NCBI GenBank assembly: GCA_963612025.1
Contig: CAVDUB010000005.1
Span: 8,943-72,942, forward strand
DNA from: a bacterium
GTDB taxonomy: Bacteria > Bacillota_I > Bacilli_A > RFN20 > CAG-288
DNA length: 64,000 nucleotides
Direction: 5' to 3'
The notes beneath the pieces were generated by a model. It did not search any database and was not told the origin of the DNA. It saw nothing but the letters and a program-made list of their open reading frames with translations. Of this stretch, positions 1 through 12,263 are shown in pieces; position 1 is the stretch's first letter, and each line of letters begins with the position of its first letter. Made by a program: the position numbers and the translations under genes.

Positions 1-4058
<4,058 letters not shown>

Positions 4059-4247
4059 AAATAGTCAATCCATTTCCTTTCATGATTGTCGAAGTCCGCG
4101 AAGAAGAAAGACGAGGCAAAGAATGACTCCCTTCTTCCAACAATCAAAAAGAAAGACTCTCTTCGATTGAAGACTCGAATTGGACTATTATACCATTCTA
4201 GACAGGACTTTTCTTATATAAATATAAGAAAAAAACAGGAAGAGAAG

Positions 4248-4270
4248 AAAAAAACTCGGATTTCTCCGAG
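4248..4270 (-). terminator. Intrinsic terminator downstream of tRNA-Gln
   Basis: On the minus strand: ctcgga-gaaa-tccgag hairpin (4255-4270) followed by a T7 run (A-run 4248-4254 on the plus strand). Confidence 0.6.
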
Positions 4271-4280
4271 CATTATTTTC

Positions 4281-4355
4281 TGGCTGGGATACTTGGATTC
4301 GAACCAAGGCATCACGGTTTCAGAGACCGTTGTCTTACCGCTTGACTATATCCCA
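4281..4355 (-). tRNA. tRNA-Gln (anticodon CUG), CCA encoded
   Basis: The reverse complement tgggatatagtcaagcggtaagacaacggtctctgaaaccgtgatgccttggttcgaatccaagtatcccagcca folds as a cloverleaf: acceptor tgggata/tatccca, anticodon stem acggt/accgt with loop ctCTGaa, T-arm cttgg-ttcgaat-ccaag. Confidence 0.9.
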
Positions 4356-4368
4356 ATGGCAAGATAAG

Positions 4369-4397
4369 AGTATAAAGGTATTCTTCCTCATTGTCAA
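4369..4397 (-). promoter_or_regulatory. Sigma-A-type promoter for tRNA-Gln
   Basis: Minus strand reads TTGACA-17 nt-TATACT. The -10 element ends about 13 nt before the mature tRNA 5' end. Confidence 0.6.
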
Positions 4398-4604
4398 ACG
4401 TTTTTTTGTTTTTTCTGGTTTCATCCAAAAAGAAAGCAGAAAAAGAAAATCCTTTCCAAGTTCTTGATAGCAACATCTCTACATAAGAAATGCTATAGTT
4501 TTTTTCATAATCTTATAAGCAAAGCTGATTGGAAATACTAAAAAAACTATATATCGGAAAATCTCAAAATAAATCGAAGAAGAATTGACAGCCAATGAAG
4601 GCAA

Positions 4605-4862
4605 ATGTTAAACATCGATGGAACTAGACAAGTTGGCAAGTTGTACATCAGAGGAGAATTCGGACAAAATTTCGAAAACTATATCGAAATCAATATAACA
4701 TATGATAAGACAGGTGATAAGTTATTCGACAAGGTCCGCTCCGTTGAGCAGTTTTATATCGAATCAAGTGTTTTGCCGGCGAAAAACCACAACAATTTCC
4801 GGGCCAAAGCTATAGCAAGATTCAAACTACAGAATGACAAATGGATATGTCCTGATCAATGA
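4605..4862 (+). CDS. Orphan 85-aa ORF in an A/T-rich gap (hypothetical, possibly a gene remnant)
   Basis: It is the only ORF in the 650-bp gap and has a weak GAAGG 5 nt upstream of the ATG. Its codon usage (tta, ata, cta, tca) is atypical for this genome. I recognise no homology. Confidence 0.25.
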   Translation: MLNIDGTRQVGKLYIRGEFGQNFENYIEINITYDKTGDKLFDKVRSVEQFYIESSVLPAKNHNNFRAKAIARFKLQNDKWICPDQ

Positions 4863-5057
4863 AGAGAAATCAAAGCAAAGGATAAAACAGCCTATTATCT
4901 GATTTATTTTTGTCATGTCTCTCTAATCAGTCAAAACGGATGAAAACTTCCGAAACGATTATATAACCAAAACACAGACGCAATCTTCTCATCGATAAAT
5001 CGTGAGTCAAGAAAAGACTGATATGATAAAATGATGAAGACAAACGAGGCAACCACG

Positions 5058-5564
5058 ATGAAATATATAATCCACGATCTTCAGGAGGAAGAGATTCCAT
5101 CCTTGCTTAAAATTTACAACGACTACATCAAAAACACCACCTACACCTTTGAAGAAAAGGAACTTTCCTTAGAAGAATTCACTCTTCGCTGCCACAGAAT
5201 AAAGGCAAAATATCCTTATATCGTCATCAAAAACGAGCAAGGAGAGATTCTTGGATACAGTTATCTCGATGAATTCAGTCCAAGAAGCGCCTATCGCTAT
5301 AGCGTCGACCTCTCCATCTATATATCCAAGAATCATACCCATGAAGGATTAGGAAAATTTTTGCTTTCATCCATCGAGGAAAAAGCAAAGGAGCAGGGAT
5401 ATAGGAGCATCATCTCTATCATCACAAGCGAAAATGAAGCGAGCATAAAATTTCACGAAAGAAACGACTTCATCCGCCAGGGATATCTTCCAAACATCGG
5501 CTATAAGATGAACAAGTGGCTCGGCACCTACTATTATCAAAAAGAATTGGGAGAGAAAAAATGA
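5058..5564 (+). CDS. GNAT-family N-acetyltransferase (phosphinothricin/MSO acetyltransferase-like)
   Basis: MKYIIHDLQEEEIPSLLKIYNDYIKNTTYTFEE...HEGLGKFLLSSIEEKAKEQGYRSIISIITSENEASIKFHERNDF is typical PAT-type GNAT architecture. I chose the start at 5058 (GAGG 8 nt upstream) over the track ATG at 5031, which abuts a TGaTAAAAT -10-like box. Confidence 0.8.
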   Translation: MKYIIHDLQEEEIPSLLKIYNDYIKNTTYTFEEKELSLEEFTLRCHRIKAKYPYIVIKNEQGEILGYSYLDEFSPRSAYRYSVDLSIYISKNHTHEGLGKFLLSSIEEKAKEQGYRSIISIITSENEASIKFHERNDFIRQGYLPNIGYKMNKWLGTYYYQKELGEKK

Positions 5565-6667
5565 AAAAGTTAGAAGAAAACCCGATATACAAAAGGCAGA
5601 TTGAACTGCTCAAGAAAAAATACGTCGTCGATGAAGAGACGAAAACAATTTCTGTCACCATGCATTATCAGACGAGTGATGAACTCTATCTAAGCGATTG
5701 CGAATATACCAACTATCGTGAAATCAACAAAGATGTCACAAATCGCATCTCCGATATCCTCTCTCGCATTCCCTTAGGCTACCAAGTCGACTTGTCCTTC
5801 AAAATCGACGATTATCAGGATTGTTCACCAAAGCAGCTTGCGACCTCATTCAGTGATTATTTTGAAGAAAGCCATTATTCCAACTATGGGGAAACAAAGA
5901 AAAGAACACTCCAGATTGCCTTCCTGCTTGTCGCCGGCATTCTCCTTCTTATCGGGAAAGTCGCCTTTGACAATTCGACTTATTTTGCCGAAACGACGAC
6001 CAAGCAGGTCATCTCCGAGATCATCGACATCAGCGCCTGGGTCTTCATCTGGGAATCCGTGTCCATCATGTTCCTTTCCCCAAGTGAAGAGAAGATACGC
6101 AGCATCCGTTTCCAAAGGAAAATCAAATCCCTTTCCTTCCTCGATCAAGAGGGAAAGAATCTCTATTCCATATCATCTGAAGAGATGTTCTCCTCTTGGA
6201 TTGAAGAAGGGAAAATCCACAAGGTCGAAAAATATGCCCTTCTGATCGGCGGAGCTGGAATCCTAGGTGTCGGCTGTTCCATCCTGATCCGGCTTCCTTC
6301 CATCATCCTATCGACGGATTATTCACAGAGTCAGGGGACTCTCGATATCATCACCCATATCATCACAGCTATCATCGCTCTCGTCTATGTCATCAGCGGA
6401 TTGTGCGGCATCTCCGCCTATGCGAACAAAGGAAAATTACGCCAATATCTGTCCATCTTCGGAATTGTCAACAGCATTATCGTTGTCATCGAAACCATCC
6501 TTCTCATCTATTCCTTCACCGTCGAAAGCGCCTTCTCCTTCCGCAGCCTCATATCCGGTCTTTTCTCGATTCTATTCAACATCTTCTATATGATCGGCTA
6601 TTTCAGTTATCTCAGACTCAACAATTTCCATAAGAAGAAAAACACAGGAGCACAGAACCATGAATGA
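5561..6667 (+). CDS. Polytopic membrane protein of unknown function (~125-aa soluble N-domain plus about 6 TM segments)
   Basis: ATG at 5561 with GGGAGAG upstream and an ATGA overlap with the GNAT stop. Hydrophobic segments include LQIAFLLVAGILLLIG, ISAWVFIWESVSIMFL, ALLIGGAGILGVGCSILI, ITHIITAIIALVYVISGLCGI, IFGIVNSIIVVIETILLIY and LISGLFSILFNIFYMIGYF. I recognise no family. Confidence 0.7.
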   Translation: MKKLEENPIYKRQIELLKKKYVVDEETKTISVTMHYQTSDELYLSDCEYTNYREINKDVTNRISDILSRIPLGYQVDLSFKIDDYQDCSPKQLATSFSDYFEESHYSNYGETKKRTLQIAFLLVAGILLLIGKVAFDNSTYFAETTTKQVISEIIDISAWVFIWESVSIMFLSPSEEKIRSIRFQRKIKSLSFLDQEGKNLYSISSEEMFSSWIEEGKIHKVEKYALLIGGAGILGVGCSILIRLPSIILSTDYSQSQGTLDIITHIITAIIALVYVISGLCGISAYANKGKLRQYLSIFGIVNSIIVVIETILLIYSFTVESAFSFRSLISGLFSILFNIFYMIGYFSYLRLNNFHKKKNTGAQNHE

Positions 6668-7163
6668 AAAACTTGTCTCTCAGATTTTGGAAGATATGAT
6701 TCATTATTCAAAAGGAAACCTTCATGATATCGCCCATTTCATGAAAGTCTATTCATTTGCAAGAACGATTTCAATCGAAGAAGGACTTGAAGGTGATTTT
6801 CTCTTCTCCGTCGAGATCACAGCAATCCTTCATGATATTGCCTGTCCGCTTTGCCGAATCAAATACGGAAACACAAACGGAAAGCATCAGGAAGAAGAAA
6901 GCGGACCATTGGTCGAAGAATTTCTGAAAGATTATCCCATCGACGATAAAACCAAGGCGAGAATCAATTTCATCATTTCTCATCACCATACCTACACGAA
7001 TGTCGATGGCATCGACTATCAGATTCTTCTGGAAGCCGACTTCTTAGTTAACGCCGATGAAAGCCATATGACTCGAGAACAGATTGAGAATGCTCAAAAG
7101 CAATTCTTCAAAACCGTGAGTGGAAGAAGAATCCTTGAATCGATGTATCTTGCAAAGGAATGA
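6660..7163 (+). CDS. Small HD-domain metal-dependent phosphohydrolase
   Basis: 167 aa with H...HD (ILHDIACP) and a downstream SHHHTY / EADFLVN arrangement characteristic of the HD superfamily. Its start overlaps the upstream stop by 8 nt (atgaatga). Confidence 0.75.
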   Translation: MNEKLVSQILEDMIHYSKGNLHDIAHFMKVYSFARTISIEEGLEGDFLFSVEITAILHDIACPLCRIKYGNTNGKHQEEESGPLVEEFLKDYPIDDKTKARINFIISHHHTYTNVDGIDYQILLEADFLVNADESHMTREQIENAQKQFFKTVSGRRILESMYLAKE

Positions 7164-7723
7164 AAAATTACACGCTTGAGGAAATCAAGAAGGAACTATT
7201 CGATGAGATTCATCTCCTTGAGGAAAAGAATCCTTCTTTTCTCAACTGCAGAAAATGCCCGTTCAAGGGAAAATGCTGCATCGACAACGATATCGATATA
7301 AGAGAAGATGAATGGGAGGAAATCGAAAAATTCCTCAATGAAAACAACGAGGCGAGAAAGAAAGTGAAGGAGAACTTCCTTGCCCATCGGAAATGCTATT
7401 TCAGAACGGAAGAGTGCTGCCTGATTCATCCTCTAAGACCCACCAATTGCATCTATACGCCCTATCAGGTCATCCAGAATATCCAAGATAAGACCCTAAC
7501 CTATTCCAAAAGGGATGCATCTTGCAATTTCATCACCACGACAATCCACTGTACAGAATTGCTTTCCGATGCCTATCCTCTTTTGTTTATAAAGGAAGAA
7601 AACGAATATTATCTTTTTCTCAATCACTGGTATTTCCACTATGAAAATCAATCAATCGGCACCTATAAGATGACAGGCGAAGAAAGACTGAGAGAATATT
7701 TCCAAAAAGATGAGATTTCATAA
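7160..7723 (+). CDS. YkgJ/UPF0153-type zinc- or iron-chelating Cys-cluster protein
   Basis: CRKCPFKGKCC (CxxCx6CC) followed by KCYFRTEECCLIHPLRPTNC matches the two-part Cys signature of the YkgJ (CxxCxxCC) family. There is an ATGA overlap with the HD gene stop. Confidence 0.65.
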   Translation: MKNYTLEEIKKELFDEIHLLEEKNPSFLNCRKCPFKGKCCIDNDIDIREDEWEEIEKFLNENNEARKKVKENFLAHRKCYFRTEECCLIHPLRPTNCIYTPYQVIQNIQDKTLTYSKRDASCNFITTTIHCTELLSDAYPLLFIKEENEYYLFLNHWYFHYENQSIGTYKMTGEERLREYFQKDEIS

Positions 7724-7743
7724 TCAGTTGATTGTAGATGTAG

Positions 7744-7941
7744 ATGAAAATTCGACTTTCCATCTTTTCCATGAGAAAGGATATCGGTATCGTCGTTCAA
7801 AGAAAACCAGTTCGATTTTCTTTCACATACATAGACGAAGAGAACGCAGTCAAATCAAAAGCCATCTTCCTCGACTTTGCAGGAGAAATCGTCGATGCAC
7901 CATGTGATGGTGCCATAAAGCGACTCTGCCGTATCATTTGA
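7744..7941 (+). CDS. Hypothetical 65-aa protein
   Basis: The ORF uses genome-typical C-ending codons (atc, gtc, ctc, gac, ttc) but has no convincing Shine-Dalgarno sequence. I recognise no family. Confidence 0.3.
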   Translation: MKIRLSIFSMRKDIGIVVQRKPVRFSFTYIDEENAVKSKAIFLDFAGEIVDAPCDGAIKRLCRII

Positions 7942-8044
7942 CCTTATTCAATTCTTTCATTTGATATGGGAATCATGTTATACATGGGACATTCTGTTGA
8001 TAAAATCTTTACATAAAGAAAAGAATAAAAAAGAATCTAATTTT

Positions 8045-8053
8045 TGATATAAT
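8045..8053 (+). promoter_or_regulatory. Extended -10 promoter (TGaTATAAT) for the aminopeptidase gene
   Basis: tttTGaTATAAT lies 22 nt upstream of the ATG at 8075. There is no good -35 element. Confidence 0.4.
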
Positions 8054-8074
8054 CTACGCTTGGAGGATATACAC

Positions 8075-9457
8075 ATGTACGCAATGAACGTTTGGTTGGA
8101 CGCCGATAAGAAAAAGGAAAAAGCCATCTTTAAATTTTCCAAAGAATACATTTCTTTCCTCAATGCTTCAAAAACGGAGAGAATGGCTGTTCAGACATCA
8201 AAAGAAATCTTAGAGAAGAATGGATATAAGCCAATGGATACCTTTTCTTCCCTAAAAGCCGGAGACAAGGTCTATTGCATCAACAAGAGCAAGAACATTC
8301 TTGCCGCCGTGATCGGAGAAGAGCCGTTGGAGAATGGAATGAGAATCTTAGGAGCCCATATTGACTCCCCAAGACTCGATATCAAACAGAATCCGCTCTT
8401 CGAAAAAGGCGGTTTCGCCATGATGGAAACCCACTACTATGGTGGCATCAAGAAATATCAGTACACCACGATTCCGCTTTCTTTGGTCGGCGTCGTCTAT
8501 ACAAAAGAAGGAAAGAAGATTGAGATCAACATCGGTGACGACAAGGATGATCCGATTATCGGCATCACGGACTTGCTGATTCACCTTTCCGCTGATCAGA
8601 TGCAGAAGCCGGCTAGCAAAGTCGTCGAGGGAGAAAACCTCGATCTCATGGTTGGCAACATTCCAGCCAAGGACGAAAAGAAAGGTGCTGTGAAGAAAGC
8701 CATACTCACCCTCTTGAAGGAAAAATATGGCTTCGAGGAAGAAGACTTCCTTTCTGCCGAACTTCATGCCGTCCCTGCCTCACCTGCAAGAGATTTCGGC
8801 CTTGACCGCTCCATGGTCGCCGGATATGGTCAGGATGACAAGGTCTGTGCCTATACTTCCTTAGCCGCTCTCCTTGATATCAAAAAGCCAAAATATACAT
8901 CCGTTTGTGTCTTGGTCGATAAGGAAGAAGTCGGATCCATCGGTGCCACCGGTGCCCAGAGCGATTGGTTTGAGAACACCGTCGCTGAAATGATTTATCT
9001 TCAGACGAAGAAAGATTCCTCGCTTGCCATCCGCCATGCCATGAGCCGTTCTTTGATGCTCTCAAGCGATGTCTCCTGTGCTGTCGACCCAATCTATCCA
9101 AATGCAAACGAGCCGAAGAATTCCTGCTACTTCTCAAAGGGTATCGTCTTCAACAAGTACACGGGTGCGAGAGGCAAATCCGGATGCAATGACGCCATGC
9201 CGGAATTCCTCGCTCTCATTCGTCAGATCATGGATAAGAATGACATCCATTATCAGACAAGCGAAATCGGAAAAGTCGATCAGGGTGGAGGCGGAACCAT
9301 CGCCTATATCCTTGGAAACTACAATATGTATGTCCTCGATGCCGGAATCCCGGTCTTGAGCATGCATGCCCCGATGGAAATTGTCTCCAAGGCGGATGTC
9401 TATGAGGCCTATTTAGCCTACTATCATTTCCTTGATTCCGACTTGAATTTAGACTAA
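8075..9457 (+). CDS. M18-family aminopeptidase
   Basis: 460 aa with the GAHIDSPRLD motif, DKEEVGS and a C-terminal SMHAPMEI typical of M18 aminopeptidases. I chose the ATG at 8075 (GGAGG 8 nt upstream) rather than the track TTG at 8060. Confidence 0.85.
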   Translation: MYAMNVWLDADKKKEKAIFKFSKEYISFLNASKTERMAVQTSKEILEKNGYKPMDTFSSLKAGDKVYCINKSKNILAAVIGEEPLENGMRILGAHIDSPRLDIKQNPLFEKGGFAMMETHYYGGIKKYQYTTIPLSLVGVVYTKEGKKIEINIGDDKDDPIIGITDLLIHLSADQMQKPASKVVEGENLDLMVGNIPAKDEKKGAVKKAILTLLKEKYGFEEEDFLSAELHAVPASPARDFGLDRSMVAGYGQDDKVCAYTSLAALLDIKKPKYTSVCVLVDKEEVGSIGATGAQSDWFENTVAEMIYLQTKKDSSLAIRHAMSRSLMLSSDVSCAVDPIYPNANEPKNSCYFSKGIVFNKYTGARGKSGCNDAMPEFLALIRQIMDKNDIHYQTSEIGKVDQGGGGTIAYILGNYNMYVLDAGIPVLSMHAPMEIVSKADVYEAYLAYYHFLDSDLNLD

Positions 9458-9690
9458 AAGTCGAATAAACTCCTTTTGTCCGCCATAAACAGAAATAAGT
9501 GGATCTCTCTATTTCTGGTTTTCTTTTCCTGCCCGACATTGAAATAATAAATAAAGCAATAATCTATTTCTTCTGTGCGGGGAAAAGAAAATAATGGCGG
9601 ATTTTCTATTTTTTTGCTTTTTGCTTTTTCTTTTCTTGCACTTTTATCAAGAATACTCTATCTTTATTTCGTAATTGGAGAATTTTATAC

Positions 9691-12222
9691 ATGAAAAAAA
9701 GAAACTTAATCTTATTGTCTCTCGTCTCCCTCGCCATGGTGGGATGCAAGACAAACAATGATGCTTCCTCGACCGGACAGACATCTGCAACAGACAAGAC
9801 ATCTGACGTCGCGTCGACAACCACCTCGAACACAAGCGCTTCTTCGTCCGCAAAGGATTCAAGCAGCCTTGTCTCTTCCTCTTCTTCGACAGACGCTGAT
9901 TCATCCTCGAGTTCTGCCATCCATCTCACAGATTGGACAAAAGCCATGAAAAATGAAATGAAGGCTCATTTCGATAACCAGGTCGTTCCTTTTGTCGACT
10001 TGGGAAGTGATGTCACAGCCAGCTATAAGTCGGACAAATATTTCTATCGCATTTCGGCAACTGGAACGCTTGATGCAACCTTGATTGCCAGTTTCAAGAC
10101 CACGTTGACAGCAAGCGGATATGCCACCAAGAGCGAGACATCCGCCTCCCTCCGCATGGACCATGCCTCTGGGTTCTCGATTCGCTTCACCCAGGGAACA
10201 AGTACCCTTATCTATATGGATATCATGTATTTTGAACCCTATGACAAGACGAGTGTCACCACCTATAGCGATCAGACAAATTACACTGATTTGCTTACAA
10301 AAGCCCAGTGTGAAAACATTCCTTTCATCTATCTCGGAAGCAAGAAGGTCACCACCTCTTCCGATAGCACAGGGAACTACATCACCGGCGGAAGAGCGAG
10401 CGATACCTTCTTAGATGATGTCAAAGCCGCTTTTGAGAACGCAAATAAATCCTTGACCGCTCCCGATACTTGGGATTTTGTCAAGGAAAGCAAGAACGGA
10501 TCCTACTACTATAAGGCTACCAGAACAGATTATCTCAACAACGTCACCACTCTCCGTGTCTCCACAACATCGATCGGTGTAGATCTCGACGGAAATGATC
10601 TTTCCTTATGTACAATGCAGCTGAACTACGATCCAGCTATTATTCCGACCGACTGGACAGATGCCGTCAAAGATGAAATGAAGGACGAATTGGATGATCA
10701 AACTCTTCCTTTCCTCAATATCGGAACGCTTCAGGATGATGGCTATGGCTCCAAATTCTGCTACAAGAAGGATTCCGCGTCCGGCATGAATTTCTATCGT
10801 CTGACCGGAAAGGGCTACACCTTGGATCAGACTCTTGTCGATTCCTATGAGACAGCGTTGAATGGAAAAGGCTATACCACAACATCCAAGACTTCAAATA
10901 GCCTGATCAGTGAGAATACCTCAACCGGTCTCTCTATCCGCATCACCTCTGATGCCGCTCTTGCCAAAACCATCTATCTGGATGTTCAGTACTATGAACC
11001 CTACAACAAGACCGGTGTCACAAGCTATGGCGATGATGTGGATGATATGATGGAATACATTTTCGAGGGTGTCACCGACGTTCCATTTATCTATCTAGGA
11101 ACCAAGAAAGCCAGTTTCTCTTCCGATTATAGCTACATCAAGGGCGGAAAGGCCGCTTCGACCTTCTTTGCGGATGCAAAAGCCAGCCTTGCTGATGTCA
11201 ATGCCTCCAAGACGGAAGAAAGCCAGAAGTGGACGGTCACTGATGAAACAGATGCAACACTTGGCGCTTATGTCAAAGCTGTCAGAACCAATTCCGATTC
11301 CAGCACCGATACGATGAAGATCTACACTGTCACAGGCGAAGGAAAAGATTTCTCAGGAAATGACATCAAGATCTGTGCGTTAGGTCTTGAACACAAGGAA
11401 GCAACCGTTCCTGCTCCGACAGGAAGCTGGTCGAGCAGCATTAAAACACTATTTACAGAAAAATTGGATGGACATGTCATCCCTTACTTGGATCTTAAGA
11501 GTGCCTATAACAAACCTACTTTCAGCAATGACACTTTGACAATTGAAGCCCAATCGCCAAATACAAACACATGGGAAGATTCAATCCTTGATACTTCCGA
11601 GGCCGCCTTCAATTGCGATACCAACAGAAGCGATGTCGTTGCTGGAACAAAATGGGCTGTCACAAAAGACAAAGCCAATCATAAGCTGACCGCTTCGATT
11701 TCTTTGGATGATGGTCATTCCTTCAATGTCGAAGTCACTCGTGCTCAAGATGAGGATGAGTTCATGGATCCAATCGATGATTCCTATCATGCTATAGTCA
11801 CGATTGTTTTAGCACAAACTCCAGCAGCCACAGATTGGTCTGACTCTATGAAGACGTTCTTCAACACCAATCTTGATGGACATGCTCTTCCTTATTTCGA
11901 TATCAAGGACAGCAATCCAGCAACCATGTATGACTATGGCGATGCAAGCATCACCGCAGCCGATGGCACCTGGAATGATTCCATCCTCACGGATGCACAG
12001 GCAGCCTTCAACAACGATACCAATAGAAGCGATGTCGCTGAAGGTACGACATGGGCAGTCACCTATGATGAAGATGACAAGTTTGTCAAAGCAACCATCA
12101 CCTTCTCCGATGGATGCAAAATGACGGTCAAAGTCTCTCAGGAAGAAGAATATGACGAAAATTACGATCCTCTCGACACCTATCACGCCAATATCTATAT
12201 CCAATTCACCCAGCACAACTAA
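9691..12222 (+). CDS. Large surface lipoprotein with Ser/Thr-rich linker and internally duplicated domains, function unknown
   Basis: Signal peptide plus lipobox MKKRNLILLSLVSLAMVG|C, followed by about 55 aa of S/T-rich linker and then four repeat modules. I recognise no domain. Confidence 0.85.
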   Translation: MKKRNLILLSLVSLAMVGCKTNNDASSTGQTSATDKTSDVASTTTSNTSASSSAKDSSSLVSSSSSTDADSSSSSAIHLTDWTKAMKNEMKAHFDNQVVPFVDLGSDVTASYKSDKYFYRISATGTLDATLIASFKTTLTASGYATKSETSASLRMDHASGFSIRFTQGTSTLIYMDIMYFEPYDKTSVTTYSDQTNYTDLLTKAQCENIPFIYLGSKKVTTSSDSTGNYITGGRASDTFLDDVKAAFENANKSLTAPDTWDFVKESKNGSYYYKATRTDYLNNVTTLRVSTTSIGVDLDGNDLSLCTMQLNYDPAIIPTDWTDAVKDEMKDELDDQTLPFLNIGTLQDDGYGSKFCYKKDSASGMNFYRLTGKGYTLDQTLVDSYETALNGKGYTTTSKTSNSLISENTSTGLSIRITSDAALAKTIYLDVQYYEPYNKTGVTSYGDDVDDMMEYIFEGVTDVPFIYLGTKKASFSSDYSYIKGGKAASTFFADAKASLADVNASKTEESQKWTVTDETDATLGAYVKAVRTNSDSSTDTMKIYTVTGEGKDFSGNDIKICALGLEHKEATVPAPTGSWSSSIKTLFTEKLDGHVIPYLDLKSAYNKPTFSNDTLTIEAQSPNTNTWEDSILDTSEAAFNCDTNRSDVVAGTKWAVTKDKANHKLTASISLDDGHSFNVEVTRAQDEDEFMDPIDDSYHAIVTIVLAQTPAATDWSDSMKTFFNTNLDGHALPYFDIKDSNPATMYDYGDASITAADGTWNDSILTDAQAAFNNDTNRSDVAEGTTWAVTYDEDDKFVKATITFSDGCKMTVKVSQEEEYDENYDPLDTYHANIYIQFTQHN
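9919..11415 (+). repeat. Two tandem ~240-260-aa protein modules (type A) inside the lipoprotein gene
   Basis: Module starts DWTKAMKNEMKAHFDNQVVPFVDLG (gattgg at 9931) and DWTDAVKDEMKDELDDQTLPFLNIG (gactgg at 10651) are exactly 720 nt apart. Shared blocks are Y(F/Y)EPY(D/N)KT, (I/V)PFIYLG(S/T)KK and GND(L/I)..C. Boundaries are approximate. Confidence 0.8.
11416..12219 (+). repeat. Two tandem ~135-aa protein modules (type B) inside the lipoprotein gene
   Basis: SWSSSIKTLFTEKLDGHVIPYLDLK and DWSDSMKTFFNTNLDGHALPYFDIK lie about 405 nt apart. Both continue with TW(E/N)DSIL...AAFN.DTNRSDV..GT.WAVT. Boundaries are approximate. Confidence 0.8.
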
Positions 12223-12231
12223 AGAAACAAA

Positions 12232-12260
12232 AAGAGCTATGGCATTTTGCCATAGCTCTT
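12232..12260. terminator. Bidirectional intrinsic terminator between convergent genes
   Basis: Perfect 12-bp stem aagagctatggc / gccatagctctt with a 5-nt loop, flanked by an A-rich 5' side and a T-rich 3' side. Confidence 0.75.
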
Positions 12261-12263
12261 GCT

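Noticed and set aside
4086-4367. A 93-aa plus-strand ORF spanning the pcrA upstream region and the tRNA-Gln gene.
   Set aside because: It overlaps the tRNA and its terminator on the opposite strand, its composition is low-complexity K-rich, and it has no ribosome-binding site.
5516-5560. N-terminally extended ORF-track starts at several genes: 5516, 8060, 27336, 40369, 41966, 42834, 43598, 48561, 58013, 58658, 58952, 62158, 31095 and 31768.
   Set aside because: The extensions run into the upstream gene, or they use GTG/TTG without a Shine-Dalgarno sequence. Downstream ATGs have good SD spacing or ATGA/TAATG coupling and match the conserved protein N-termini, so I trimmed the coordinates.
5838-6633. 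Overlapping alternative-frame ORFs (5838-6245, 5846-6148 minus strand, 6387-6593, 6403-6633) inside the membrane-protein gene.
   Set aside because: They are nested in a longer ORF that has a coherent TM pattern and translational coupling. The alternative frames give Pro/Ser/Arg-rich low-complexity peptides.
9663-9676. The 14-mer tttatttcgtaatt occurs both upstream of the lipoprotein gene (9663-9676) and in the hup/gpsA spacer (45131-45144).
   Set aside because: A single shared 14-mer of A/T-rich sequence is expected by chance in 64 kb counted on both strands. The orientation relative to the flanking genes also differs.
9691-9710. A7 runs just after the start codons of both surface lipoprotein genes (9694-9700 and about 13553-13559), considered as slipped-strand phase-variation tracts.
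   Set aside because: Seven A residues encoding Lys-Lys in a signal peptide is ordinary. This is too short for efficient slippage, and the window gives no evidence of length variation.
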